The notes: generated from the letters alone by a model not told the origin. 64,000 nucleotides of DNA from Candidatus Latescibacterota bacterium (GCA_965221775.1 CBDCSU010000006.1:1-64000); one strand, 5' to 3'; counted from the first letter of the stretch, positions 37,503 to 46,966 are shown. Made by a program: numbers and translations.

Positions 37503-40178
37503 GTGTCCCCAAGGAAGACCCTGATCCACCTGGCCACCCTCGGCGCCCTCGGCCTCCTGGCGCCGGCAGCGCCCGCCGCCGCCCAGGACTACGGCGCACG
37601 CATGGGAGACATCCAGCGCGGCGGCGAGGTCTCCTTTCAGCCCCAGGGTCCGGGTGTGCTCCACGGCGCCCTCGACCCGGCCGTCCGCAGGTGGTACGTC
37701 CCCCAGGAGCTGTTCAACGAGTACCGCTGGCGGCAGTGGGATTACTCGAACTACGCCCGCGACCACTACCAGCGGTACGTCAGCGTCACCCGCGAGGGCG
37801 ACTTCTACTACGATCTCTACGGCAACTTCGTCACCAAGGGCTGGCTGATCTTCAACAACTCCCAGACCCAGCCCAAGCAGTTCGGCTCGTCGGTGCTCAA
37901 GAGCGCCAACTTCAGCCGCTGGTTCGACGGCGTCCTGATCTCGAGCGACTCCAAGGGGCAGCACCACTATGCCCTGACCATGGGCGCCAAGATCCGCACG
38001 ACCCTGACGCCCATGACCTTCTCCAAGCCCCAGTGGGACGGCGTGCAGTTCGACTATGCCTCCGACAAGTACCAGGGCACGGTCCTCTACTCCCGCCTCA
38101 GCCGCACCGGCGGCAGCAGCACGAACGACCAGGAGTCGCTGGTGACCAACCTCACCTCCCTCGTCGGCGGCCGCGGCACGGTGCAGGTGGGCGACTTCGC
38201 CACCCTGGGACTGACAGCCGTCAACTCGCACCAGTCCAACACCCTCATCGACGGCTTCACCGGCAACCCCATCAGCGGCGAGCTCACCGTCGACCAGAAC
38301 AAGACCCTGTCCCTCATCGAGGTGATCCTGCGCGACGACTCCCCCGAGGACGGCGGCGGCGCATCCTTCTTCCCCGCCGGTTCGGACATCATCATCACCT
38401 TCGACGACGGCAGCGTCGACCGGGGCAAGCAGATCGGCTTCGCGCCGGTCATCGAGGGCGGCTTCGAGCGCGACGGCTACCTGGCCGCCGACGGCCCCGA
38501 GGAGATCCGTCTGCGCTACAACTTCGACAGCCCCGGTTTCGTCAACCACGCCAGCGGCTCGAAGGAGGAGATCGTCGGTATCGAGTTCCGCTATGTCCTG
38601 GGCAACGACTACCAGGTGTGGATGACCTCCGACAACCAGCTCAACCAGTCGGAGGGCAACGTGGCGCTCCTGGTGACCCAGGCGGAGGGCAACGTCCAGG
38701 ACAACACCAACCTGCGGATCGTCTCCTTCGAGTACGGGCTGCCCACGGCCACCCAGATCTGGGGCGCCACCCTGGAGTTGAAGAAAGTCGCCGGTTTCGA
38801 CGTCTACGGCGAGTACGACCTCAGCTACAACTACCGCAAGTACCCGAGCGTGGTGAGGAAGGGCCACCGCACCGCCTCCGGAATCCGCGGCGACCGCGCT
38901 GCCGAGGCCTGGATGGTCAACATCTCCCGCAACCGCTATCCGTGGTTCGCCTGGGGAGAGCTCTACAGCATGCACCCGCGCTACTCGACCAGCACCTACG
39001 TCGCCCAGGGCGACGGCTTCATCGATTACGAGGACAAGCGCATCCACGTAGTCGAGCTGGTGGAGGACAACGACGACCAGGACCAGTTCCCGGACACGGT
39101 GCGCAAGGACTGGCAGGCCGGAGATCCCACGGTCTTTCCCGGCTGGGACGAAAACAACGACTTCATCTCGGACTTCAACCAGAACGACAACCGCTTCATC
39201 AGCAACTCGATCCCCGACTACGACGAGCCCTTCCTGCGCCACAACGTGGACCGCCCCGAGTTCCTGTACGGGGTAGACCTGAACAACAACTTCTGGATCG
39301 ACCGCTTCGAGAACGACGAGGAGCCCGACTATCCGTACCGGCGAGACCATCGGGGCTTCAACCTCTACGGGGGCGTGAACGTCACTCCCGACGTCCGAGT
39401 CAGCGTCGGCATCCTGCGCGAAGGGCTGATCTCCTCGAACCAGCGGAACAACGCCGACTACGCCCTCCTCAGCATCGACCGGGACGTGGCCGGCTGGGGC
39501 CGGTTTCGCCTCTTCGACATGATCAAGTCGGTGAAGGACGACATCCCCAACGAGCTGGTGCAGTGGCTGCCGAACGCCAACATCCGCACCGGCGAGGCGA
39601 CCAAGATCGAGGACCTCCTGCTGGCGCGCGACGCCATCGTCAACTCCCTGTGGGCGGGCCACGCGTACGACTACCGGGGACTGAAGACGGACAACTTCCT
39701 GAAGTGGGATCTCTTCCAGTCCCGCCTCGACGCCGAGGAACGCTCGCGGCTGAGCCAGCGGAAGACGAACTACTTCTTCGGGGTCATCAACCGCGTCAGC
39801 TACCGCTTCGACGTCGGCCGGCTCCGCTTCGAGCCGCGGTGGAAGAGCATCTTCCGACACCAGACGATCGATGTCGTCTCCAACGAGCGGAAGCGCTCCC
39901 TCACCGAGCTCGGCGGCCTGCTGGTGGGCTTTCCCCTGCTGCGCTCCACCGACCTGCAGGCCGGCCTGGAGCTGACCCTCCACAACGACATGCTGCGCGA
40001 CTCGCGGGACTTCCGCGGCGTCGTCGGCGCCGTGCAGTTCACCAACCTGTCCGCCTACCTGGGCTACGGGGTGACGACCCAACTGGGCATGCAGATCGAT
40101 CGGCAGGTTCCCAAGGTGGGCGAAACTCTCACCATCAACACGATCTTCCTCTCGGCGTACGCCGGCATCGACCTGTAG
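37503..40178 (+). CDS. 'Barrel' paralogue 4 (891 aa)
   Basis: AGGAG then GTG. Signal peptide (AAA|Q). IRTTLTPMTF, LVEDNDD, VFPGWD, FENDEEPDYPYRRDHRGF. Confidence 0.82.
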   Translation: MSPRKTLIHLATLGALGLLAPAAPAAAQDYGARMGDIQRGGEVSFQPQGPGVLHGALDPAVRRWYVPQELFNEYRWRQWDYSNYARDHYQRYVSVTREGDFYYDLYGNFVTKGWLIFNNSQTQPKQFGSSVLKSANFSRWFDGVLISSDSKGQHHYALTMGAKIRTTLTPMTFSKPQWDGVQFDYASDKYQGTVLYSRLSRTGGSSTNDQESLVTNLTSLVGGRGTVQVGDFATLGLTAVNSHQSNTLIDGFTGNPISGELTVDQNKTLSLIEVILRDDSPEDGGGASFFPAGSDIIITFDDGSVDRGKQIGFAPVIEGGFERDGYLAADGPEEIRLRYNFDSPGFVNHASGSKEEIVGIEFRYVLGNDYQVWMTSDNQLNQSEGNVALLVTQAEGNVQDNTNLRIVSFEYGLPTATQIWGATLELKKVAGFDVYGEYDLSYNYRKYPSVVRKGHRTASGIRGDRAAEAWMVNISRNRYPWFAWGELYSMHPRYSTSTYVAQGDGFIDYEDKRIHVVELVEDNDDQDQFPDTVRKDWQAGDPTVFPGWDENNDFISDFNQNDNRFISNSIPDYDEPFLRHNVDRPEFLYGVDLNNNFWIDRFENDEEPDYPYRRDHRGFNLYGGVNVTPDVRVSVGILREGLISSNQRNNADYALLSIDRDVAGWGRFRLFDMIKSVKDDIPNELVQWLPNANIRTGEATKIEDLLLARDAIVNSLWAGHAYDYRGLKTDNFLKWDLFQSRLDAEERSRLSQRKTNYFFGVINRVSYRFDVGRLRFEPRWKSIFRHQTIDVVSNERKRSLTELGGLLVGFPLLRSTDLQAGLELTLHNDMLRDSRDFRGVVGAVQFTNLSAYLGYGVTTQLGMQIDRQVPKVGETLTINTIFLSAYAGIDL

Positions 40179-40211
40179 TCCCAAAGGCCGCCGGAGCCTC
40201 CCGACGCAGCG

Positions 40212-42431
40212 TTGGCCACCGATGTCTCCCGGAAGTCTGTCCGTTGGGCTCTCCTCGCCGGCGCCCTGGCCCTGGCCGTACGCCTCGGCTACCTCTTCGA
40301 GATCGACGAGACGCCGCTCTTCCACGCCCCCGTCGCCGACGCGGCCGCCTGCCTCGACGACGCCCGCTACCTGACGGAGGTCTCCTGGGCCGGCAGGCCC
40401 GAGCCCTTCCGCCAACCCCCGCTCTATCCGTATCTGCTCGCGGCCCTGTGCCCCGTGAGCGAGTCCCCGTGGCTGCCGCGCCTGCTGCAGGCGGCCCTTG
40501 GCGCTGCCTCGTGCGGGCTCCTCGTGGTGGTGGGCAGCCGTCTCCTCCCCGCCCCGGTGGCCGTGGCCGCCGGCCTGGCCGCGGCCCTCTACGGGCCCTT
40601 CGTCTACTTCGCGGGGGAGCTGCTGCCCGTCACGCTGGCGGCCTTCCTCGGTCTCCTCCTGCTGTGGACTCTGCTGCGCACGCCGGCCGCCCCCACCTGG
40701 AGGTGGGCCCTCCCCGGCCTGGTGCTGGGGCTCTCGGCCCTGACGGCGGCGGGCATCCTCCTGCTGGCCCCCTTCGTGCTCTGGTGGTTGTGGCGTCTGC
40801 CGCCGGAGAGGGAGGTGCGCGGACGGCGCTGGCAGCGGGGGTTGTGGTTCGCTGCCGGGTGCGCGCTGATAATGGCGCCGGTGACGGTGCGCAACCTGCT
40901 CCTGGGCGGCGACTTCGATCACGACCGCACCGTGGCCTTGGATACGCCCCGGCGGGAGGCGGCTATCGAGCCGCCCTCGGCGCGCTCCCGGTACTTCCAG
41001 GAGCGGTCCTGGGAGTTCGTCCGGGGCGAACCGTGGACCTGGGCCGGCCTCATGGCGCGCAAGGCGTACCTGTTCTGGCGGGGGGAGGAGATCCCCCGCA
41101 ACCTCGACCCCTACTTCGCCCGGGCCGATTCCCGGATCCTCGCGGTGCTCCTATGGGACTGGGGCCTGGCCTTCCCCTTCGGCCTGGTGGCGCCTCTGGC
41201 CCTCGCCGGGCTGGTGTTCTTCGTCCGCCGGCGGACAGGCGATGCCTCGGGCGCAGCTGCCGGGCGCACGCGGGAAGGGATCCTCGTCGTCGGTTTCGTC
41301 ACCGTGTACGCGGCGGCGGTCGTCCTGTCCCACGTCACCTCCCGCGATCGCCTGCCCGTGGTGCCACCCCTGTTGCTGATGGCCTGCTACGGCGCCTTCG
41401 TCCTGACACGGCGGCCGCTGCGCCGGGGGGCCCTCGCCGCAACCGCCCTCGCGGGGGTGGCCCTCAACGCCGGAACGACGCCCCTGGCGGTGGCCAGTCC
41501 CGCCCGCGAGCACTACTGGCGGGGCCAGGCCCTGGAGGCGCTGGAGAGGCCTGTCGGGGCCGCCCGGGAGTACCGCGCCGCCCTGCGCCTCGACCCCGCG
41601 CTGCCGGAGGCGCTGGCGCGCCTGGCCACCCTGGAGGTGGAGCGCGGCGATTCGCGCGCCGCCGTCGACCTCTACCGCCGCCGCCTGGCCATCGCTCCCG
41701 ACTCGGTGCCCCTCCGCCGGGACCTGGCCGACGCATTGCTCTCGGGCGGCCGTGCCGTCGAGGCGGTGGCCGAGTACGAGAGACTGGTGGAGATGCTCCC
41801 GGAGCGGGCGGACCTTCACGGCAGCCTGGCCTACGCCAGGCTCATGGCCGGGCGCCCCGGCACCGCCGCCCGGGCCTACCGCCGCGTCCTCGAGCTCAGA
41901 CCCGACTCCCTGCTCGTGCGCTACCAGCTCGCCCGGCTGCACCAGGCTCATGACCGCCCCGACTCGGCCGCCGCCCACTACCGGGTTCTGCTGCGGGCGG
42001 AGGGCCACCGGGCCCGGGCCCATCTGGGGCTCGGAGAGGCGCTCGTGGAGTTGGCTGCGGAGGGCCGCACCGGGGTGAGCCTGGAGGAGACGCCCCGGAC
42101 GCTGCGGGCGGAGCATCACCTGCGCAGGGCCGTTCAGCTCGACCCCGCGTCCCTCCACGCCCGCTGGAGCCTGGGCCTGTTGCTGGCCCGTCAGTCGCAC
42201 CGGTACGCCGACGCGGTGCCCCACTTCGAGCGCATCCTCGAGCTGGCTCCCGAGGACCACGCGGCCCACCTCTTCCTCGGGCACCTCTACCAGCGCACGG
42301 GCCGGACCGAGGCCGCCGCCACTCAGTTCGAGCGCTACTCGGCGGCCAAGCGGCGCCGGCGGATGCAGTCGGAGGCAGAGGCGCAGACGCGCGGCCTCGT
42401 GGAACAGCTCTTCGAGAAGGGTGGAGGGTGA
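40212..42431 (+). CDS. GT-C fold (GT39/PMT-like) membrane glycosyltransferase with C-terminal TPRs
   Basis: Multiple TMs; PFRQPPLYPYLLA, LYGPFVYF.GELL, RDRLPV; C-terminal TPRs. TTG start is uncertain. Confidence 0.78.
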   Translation: MATDVSRKSVRWALLAGALALAVRLGYLFEIDETPLFHAPVADAAACLDDARYLTEVSWAGRPEPFRQPPLYPYLLAALCPVSESPWLPRLLQAALGAASCGLLVVVGSRLLPAPVAVAAGLAAALYGPFVYFAGELLPVTLAAFLGLLLLWTLLRTPAAPTWRWALPGLVLGLSALTAAGILLLAPFVLWWLWRLPPEREVRGRRWQRGLWFAAGCALIMAPVTVRNLLLGGDFDHDRTVALDTPRREAAIEPPSARSRYFQERSWEFVRGEPWTWAGLMARKAYLFWRGEEIPRNLDPYFARADSRILAVLLWDWGLAFPFGLVAPLALAGLVFFVRRRTGDASGAAAGRTREGILVVGFVTVYAAAVVLSHVTSRDRLPVVPPLLLMACYGAFVLTRRPLRRGALAATALAGVALNAGTTPLAVASPAREHYWRGQALEALERPVGAAREYRAALRLDPALPEALARLATLEVERGDSRAAVDLYRRRLAIAPDSVPLRRDLADALLSGGRAVEAVAEYERLVEMLPERADLHGSLAYARLMAGRPGTAARAYRRVLELRPDSLLVRYQLARLHQAHDRPDSAAAHYRVLLRAEGHRARAHLGLGEALVELAAEGRTGVSLEETPRTLRAEHHLRRAVQLDPASLHARWSLGLLLARQSHRYADAVPHFERILELAPEDHAAHLFLGHLYQRTGRTEAAATQFERYSAAKRRRRMQSEAEAQTRGLVEQLFEKGGG

Positions 42432-42460
42432 GGACGGGCCCCGTGTGGCGGGACCCGTCC
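42432..42460. terminator. Hairpin between convergent stop codons (possible bidirectional terminator)
   Basis: GGACGGGCCCCG-TGTGG-CGGGACCCGTCC fills the gap; no U tract. Confidence 0.5.
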
Positions 42461-44547
42461 TAGTAGACCACGGCGACGAGGCGGTGCACCTCGTCGTTCC
42501 GGTGGTCGCCGTCCACGGCGACCCTGAACAGGTAGAGACCGGGGGGGACGAGCTGTCCTGCGTCGTCGGTGCCGTCCCAGGCCTTGTCCTCGTAGCGCCC
42601 GTTGCTCTCCAACCCCTGGCTGACGACTCTCACCAGCCGGCCGCCCAGGTCATAGACCTTCAGCGCCACCTGGCGAGGCGCCTCCAGCGACAGCAGGCTG
42701 TAGCTCAGGGACATGGCGTCGTTGACGCCGTCGCCGTTGGGGCTGAAGGGATTGGGCCGCAGCTCCACCTGCCCGAGCAGCCGCCCGCCCAGCAGGGTCG
42801 GACTCAGGACCGTGGTGCCCGACAGGGCCGCTTCGTCCCCCGGGGCCAGCTGGCCCGTGTCGCCCCCCACCAGGGGCTGGATGGCCGGCTCACCCACCCC
42901 GTCCGCCGGCGACAGCTTGGCCGACCCGGTGAAATCGGTGCTGTAGGTGAGGACGTCGCTGCGGAAGTGGATGCGAACCTCGGTCCCGTCCCGAGAGATG
43001 GGGGGGAAGCCGATCTCGAAGCGGTCCTCCCTGACCTCCACGATGCGGAAGCCGCCCTCGTCGAGGGTGTCCGCAAGGCTGGAGAACGTCCGGCCGGATA
43101 CCGGCTGTCCCTCGCTGTCGAGGACCCGCACCTCGTCGATCGCCGCGACTCGCAGGGGCGTGCGGATCTCCAGGCGGTCGAATCCCAGCAGGTCCTCCGA
43201 CTCGAAGCGGGCCCGCACGGCGAGGGTGAAGGGCACCGCGCGGATCTCGTCCACCTCCCTCGGGAAGACCTCCGCCTTGAGCGAATCGGCCAGCGGCGAG
43301 CGGAGCACATCGAAGCTCAGGGACTCGATCGCCCTCGCCGCCTCCAGGTCGCTGCTCTCGAAGGCGATCTGGAACTGCATGTAGCGCCGCGGGCTCGGGG
43401 AGGTGATCAGGGCCCCCGGGGTGTTGGCCACCTCGGCGTCGAAGGGCGTGCTGAAGGGGCTCCAGTTGACCAGGTCGTCCTTGACGGGGCCGGCGTTCCA
43501 CTGCTGGCCCTGGGCGTCGAAGACGGGCAGCTTCTTGTACTCCTCCAGGCTCAACTCGAGCGAGGGGTCCTCCACCGACAGGGGGATCTCCTCCGGGTCG
43601 GCCTGCCCGTGGAGGGTCCGGGTGAAGACGAAGGGATCGGCGTCGGTGCCGGTGCGGGTGCGGATGCTCACCGCCGAGAACCGGGGGTCTCCCAGGACCT
43701 GCTCCGTCCAGCGGAGCTGGTGCCACACGGCCGGCTGTCCCGCGTCGAAGATGTCGGAGACGTAGGCGGCCGTGGCCAGGAACCCGGTGCCGAAGACCTC
43801 GAACTCGTCGATCTCGTAGGAGATCGTCGACTTGGAGCGCAGGCGGATGTGCTGAACGTACCGCGGCGGGTCGAGCCGCACATCGACGACGGGTTCCTTG
43901 TTCTCCTCCTCCGCCGCCACCGGCTCGCCCCAGATCGGCAGGCCCGCCTGGGTGAGGGCGAGGCCGTCGTTCGTGTACAGCTCGAAGGAGCGCAGGAAGT
44001 CGTTCTGGAACGGTGTCGCCGGCGCTATCTGCACCGTGTTGCGCGGATAGAAGCGGATCCTCTCGACTCCGAAGCGGCCCCCCAGGTTGAGGATGACCAG
44101 GATACCGAGGGAGTTGAGGTTCTTGCGCTCGAAGGCTTCCAGCTCCCCGCCCGGGGTGATCAGCTCCTCCAGGGCCTGCTTGAGGTCGAGGGGCTTGAAG
44201 GTGCCGCTGAAGTCGAAGACGTTGGGAGCGGTGATCTCACCGCCGCGCTCGAGGGTGCCGTGGGCCACGTTCTGGCCGGGCGCGATGCGCAGGGGAAGGA
44301 TGGCGCCGGGGTGGTCCTGGCTGTCGAAATCGAGGAGGGCTCCCGGGGCGTTGCCCTCGAGGAGGTTGTCCGACTCCAGCAGGGAGCGGTGCCGGGCGGG
44401 GATCGTGGCGACCACGGCGGAGCCCCCTCCGGCCCAGCCGAACTCGCCGCCGGCGCCGATGGTGACCGTCTCCGCAGCCGGCGCGGCCTCCGACAGGCCG
44501 ATGCCGGCCAGGACCGCCGCGGCGATGAGAGGAGATGTGCGATTCAT
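42460..44547 (-). CDS. Secreted discoidin-like + FlgD-like CTD protein ('cargo' paralogue 3, 695 aa)
   Basis: Signal MNRTSPLIAAAVLAG. NLGGRFGVERIRFYPR, IDEFEVFG, PNPFSPNGDGVND...LVAVVY. Confidence 0.85.
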   Translation of the reverse strand: MNRTSPLIAAAVLAGIGLSEAAPAAETVTIGAGGEFGWAGGGSAVVATIPARHRSLLESDNLLEGNAPGALLDFDSQDHPGAILPLRIAPGQNVAHGTLERGGEITAPNVFDFSGTFKPLDLKQALEELITPGGELEAFERKNLNSLGILVILNLGGRFGVERIRFYPRNTVQIAPATPFQNDFLRSFELYTNDGLALTQAGLPIWGEPVAAEEENKEPVVDVRLDPPRYVQHIRLRSKSTISYEIDEFEVFGTGFLATAAYVSDIFDAGQPAVWHQLRWTEQVLGDPRFSAVSIRTRTGTDADPFVFTRTLHGQADPEEIPLSVEDPSLELSLEEYKKLPVFDAQGQQWNAGPVKDDLVNWSPFSTPFDAEVANTPGALITSPSPRRYMQFQIAFESSDLEAARAIESLSFDVLRSPLADSLKAEVFPREVDEIRAVPFTLAVRARFESEDLLGFDRLEIRTPLRVAAIDEVRVLDSEGQPVSGRTFSSLADTLDEGGFRIVEVREDRFEIGFPPISRDGTEVRIHFRSDVLTYSTDFTGSAKLSPADGVGEPAIQPLVGGDTGQLAPGDEAALSGTTVLSPTLLGGRLLGQVELRPNPFSPNGDGVNDAMSLSYSLLSLEAPRQVALKVYDLGGRLVRVVSQGLESNGRYEDKAWDGTDDAGQLVPPGLYLFRVAVDGDHRNDEVHRLVAVVY

Positions 44548-44554
44548 GCCCGCT

Positions 44555-44617
44555 AGGAAAAACCGCCGCGGGAGGACTGTCAATTGCCTTGTCCCCCCGG
44601 CATGGCCGCCGTACCGT
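44555..44617. promoter_or_regulatory. Back-to-back divergent sigma70-like promoters
   Basis: Plus strand: TTGTCC(44589)-17-TACCGT(44612). Minus strand: TTGACA(44583-44578)-17-TTTCCT, with a weak -10. Confidence 0.45.
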
Positions 44618-44671
44618 TTTGCCCCGAAGCCGGTCCGGAGCCCGGCCTTGCCTGACGGAGAGACCTCGCCC

Positions 44672-46825
44672 ATGCGACACCTCCTCGACTGCTGCCTCAT
44701 CCTCGGCCTTTCCCTCCAGGCCGGCGCCGCCTTCGCCCGAACCGAGTACGTCCTCGGCGGCGCCGAGGGCAACCCCTGGCAGGCGGCCCTGTCCGAAGAC
44801 GCCGCCGGCGAGTTCGTCGTCTTCGACGAGGAGGGTGCGGCGGTGCGCCGCGTCGCCGTGCCCACAACCCCCTACGGCGAGGGGGGTGACCGCGTTGTCG
44901 AGTACGAGGCCTCTCCGGGCAGCATCCTCCCCCTGTACCTGCATCCCGAACAGAACCTGGCCCTCACCGATCCCGACTCCCCCGAGATCAGGATCCCCCT
45001 TCCCATCACCCGTGGACTCGCCTGGACGACGGACGGCTGCTCCGCCATCGACGATCAGATCCGGGCGGTGAAGAGACAGTTCGACGGCGATGTCACCACC
45101 GCCCATTTCCGCCGGTTCACCCCGGGGACCAGCATCTTCGCGGGCGGCGGCCGCATCGTCGCCGGGGTCACCGGCGAGGGTTGGAAGAACGCCGTGGTCC
45201 TGAACTTCGGCGCCGCCGTCCCCGTCAACCGGATCCGGTTCTTCCCGCGCCTGAGCCGCGTCGAGGACCGGCTGCTGATCGAGGAGCTGCAGGAGCCGAG
45301 CCCCCCCCTCGAGGAGTTCGGCGAGAGCAGCTTCGCCGCCAACTTCGTCGAGGGCTACGAGATTCGGGTGGCCGACGACAGCCAGCGCTTCGCCAACAGC
45401 CCCTGCGACGCCGTCGGCTTCTCCCGCGGCCTGCGCTGGATCCGGACCGGCGACGCCAGTCTCGAGGTCCTGGAATCCAGGCCCGAGAACCTCGAGCGTG
45501 TCGTCGACCTGACCTTCCCCACCCGGTCGGTGCGCTACATGACCTTCAAGACCTTCCCCCTGCGCAACTGGGAGGTGGCGGAGTTCCAGGTCTTCGGCGA
45601 GGGCTACGTGGAGCACACCTCCTTCCGGACGCAGATACTCGACTTCGGCCAGGACTCGGGGAGCGCCGTCAACTGGGGCAAGATCCGCTGGAGCGGCGAG
45701 GCCCCCGAGGGCACGCGCGTCGAGATCCGCACGCGCACGGGGCACACACCGGACCCCAACTTCTACGTCGCCGAGAGCGTCAACGGCGACATCCGCAGGA
45801 TTACCACCGAGGAGTACTTCGCCATCGACGCCACGGGGCGTCTCGACCCCCGGCCCGACGTGGACAACTGGAGCTTCTGGTCGCCGCCGTACACCTTCGA
45901 GGCGGGCCTGCGCGACTCCTCGGCCGCCGCCGAGAGCTGGGAGGACGGCACCTCACTGCTGTCCCCGGGGCCGAGCCGGTACCTGCAGATCGACATCCAG
46001 CTGTACAGCACCTTCACCCGGGCGGCGCGCCTGGACCAGTTGTGGCTCCAGTTCAGCGAGTCCCCCCTGGCGCGGGAGGTCCTGGGCGAGATCTGGCCCA
46101 CGGAGGTGACCTCCTTCGATCCCACCCCCTTCACCTACGTGGTGCGGCCCGACTTCGAAGCCTCGGACCTCGGCTTCAACCGCCTGGAGATCCTCACCCA
46201 CAGTCCCGTCGATCCCGATCGCCTCTCCCTCTCCGTCGACGGCGCGCCGGTCGACTTCGATCTCCATCCCCCCGACCTGCGGGAAGACCGGCTCATCCTG
46301 TCCTTCGACGAGCTCAAGGGACGCTCCGACCGCCTGAAGCCGATCGAGGCGACCTTCGAGGTTCCGGTCCTGCGCTATGGAGCCGAGTTCCGCGGCTGGG
46401 TCTTCCACAGCGACGACCCGGACCGCATCCGCCAGCAGGTTCGTCCCGGCAACGCGACCTTCCGGTTCGGCGGCAACGTGCTGGCCGTGGCCACGCCCCT
46501 GGAGGGCGGTCTCCTCGGCGATCTGACCGCTTCGAGCCGGGCCATCTCCCCCAACGGGGACGGCGTGAACGACGAGCTCCTGCTCACCTACGAGCTTCGC
46601 CAGTTGACCGTGCAGCGGCCCGTGCAGCTGCGCATCTACGATCTGGGGGGCCGCCTGGTCCGCGTCCTGGAGCCCCGCTCCGGGGCCAGCGGCCTCGGCA
46701 GCCAGAGCTGGAACGGAAGGGACGGCGCAGGTGAGTTGGTGGCGCCCGGAACCTACCTCTACGAAGTAGCCCTCAGCGCCGAGGAAACCGAACGCCGGGT
46801 CGGCGTGGTGTCCGTGGTGTACTGA
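44672..46825 (+). CDS. Secreted discoidin-like + FlgD-like CTD protein ('cargo' paralogue 4, 717 aa)
   Basis: GGAG RBS, signal peptide (AFA|R). NFGAAVPVNRIRFFPR, VAEFQVFG, ISPNGDGVND...VVSVVY. Confidence 0.85.
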   Translation: MRHLLDCCLILGLSLQAGAAFARTEYVLGGAEGNPWQAALSEDAAGEFVVFDEEGAAVRRVAVPTTPYGEGGDRVVEYEASPGSILPLYLHPEQNLALTDPDSPEIRIPLPITRGLAWTTDGCSAIDDQIRAVKRQFDGDVTTAHFRRFTPGTSIFAGGGRIVAGVTGEGWKNAVVLNFGAAVPVNRIRFFPRLSRVEDRLLIEELQEPSPPLEEFGESSFAANFVEGYEIRVADDSQRFANSPCDAVGFSRGLRWIRTGDASLEVLESRPENLERVVDLTFPTRSVRYMTFKTFPLRNWEVAEFQVFGEGYVEHTSFRTQILDFGQDSGSAVNWGKIRWSGEAPEGTRVEIRTRTGHTPDPNFYVAESVNGDIRRITTEEYFAIDATGRLDPRPDVDNWSFWSPPYTFEAGLRDSSAAAESWEDGTSLLSPGPSRYLQIDIQLYSTFTRAARLDQLWLQFSESPLAREVLGEIWPTEVTSFDPTPFTYVVRPDFEASDLGFNRLEILTHSPVDPDRLSLSVDGAPVDFDLHPPDLREDRLILSFDELKGRSDRLKPIEATFEVPVLRYGAEFRGWVFHSDDPDRIRQQVRPGNATFRFGGNVLAVATPLEGGLLGDLTASSRAISPNGDGVNDELLLTYELRQLTVQRPVQLRIYDLGGRLVRVLEPRSGASGLGSQSWNGRDGAGELVAPGTYLYEVALSAEETERRVGVVSVVY

Positions 46826-46862
46826 AGGTGCGAAGGGGCGCTGGCAGGCCCGTCCAGAAATC

Positions 46863-46891
46863 TTGATTTTCTGCCGGCCCGTTGGTAAGTT
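46863..46891 (+). promoter_or_regulatory. Putative sigma70 promoter with extended -10
   Basis: TTGATT-17 bp-TAAGTT preceded by TGG. Confidence 0.55.
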
Positions 46892-46966
46892 GGTGCCCTG
46901 CATTGGAGTCTCCTATCCCCCCAAGAGCGGCCTGTGGCCGCATTTCGCAATCAGGAGGATCCCGCC

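Noticed and set aside
6330-46903. Very long antisense and alternate-frame ORFs (e.g. 19856..23800-, 37392..40922-, 37691..41953+, 16665..19655-)
   Set aside because: Expected stop-codon scarcity at high GC with biased codons. They have no motifs and are fully overlapped by well-supported genes.
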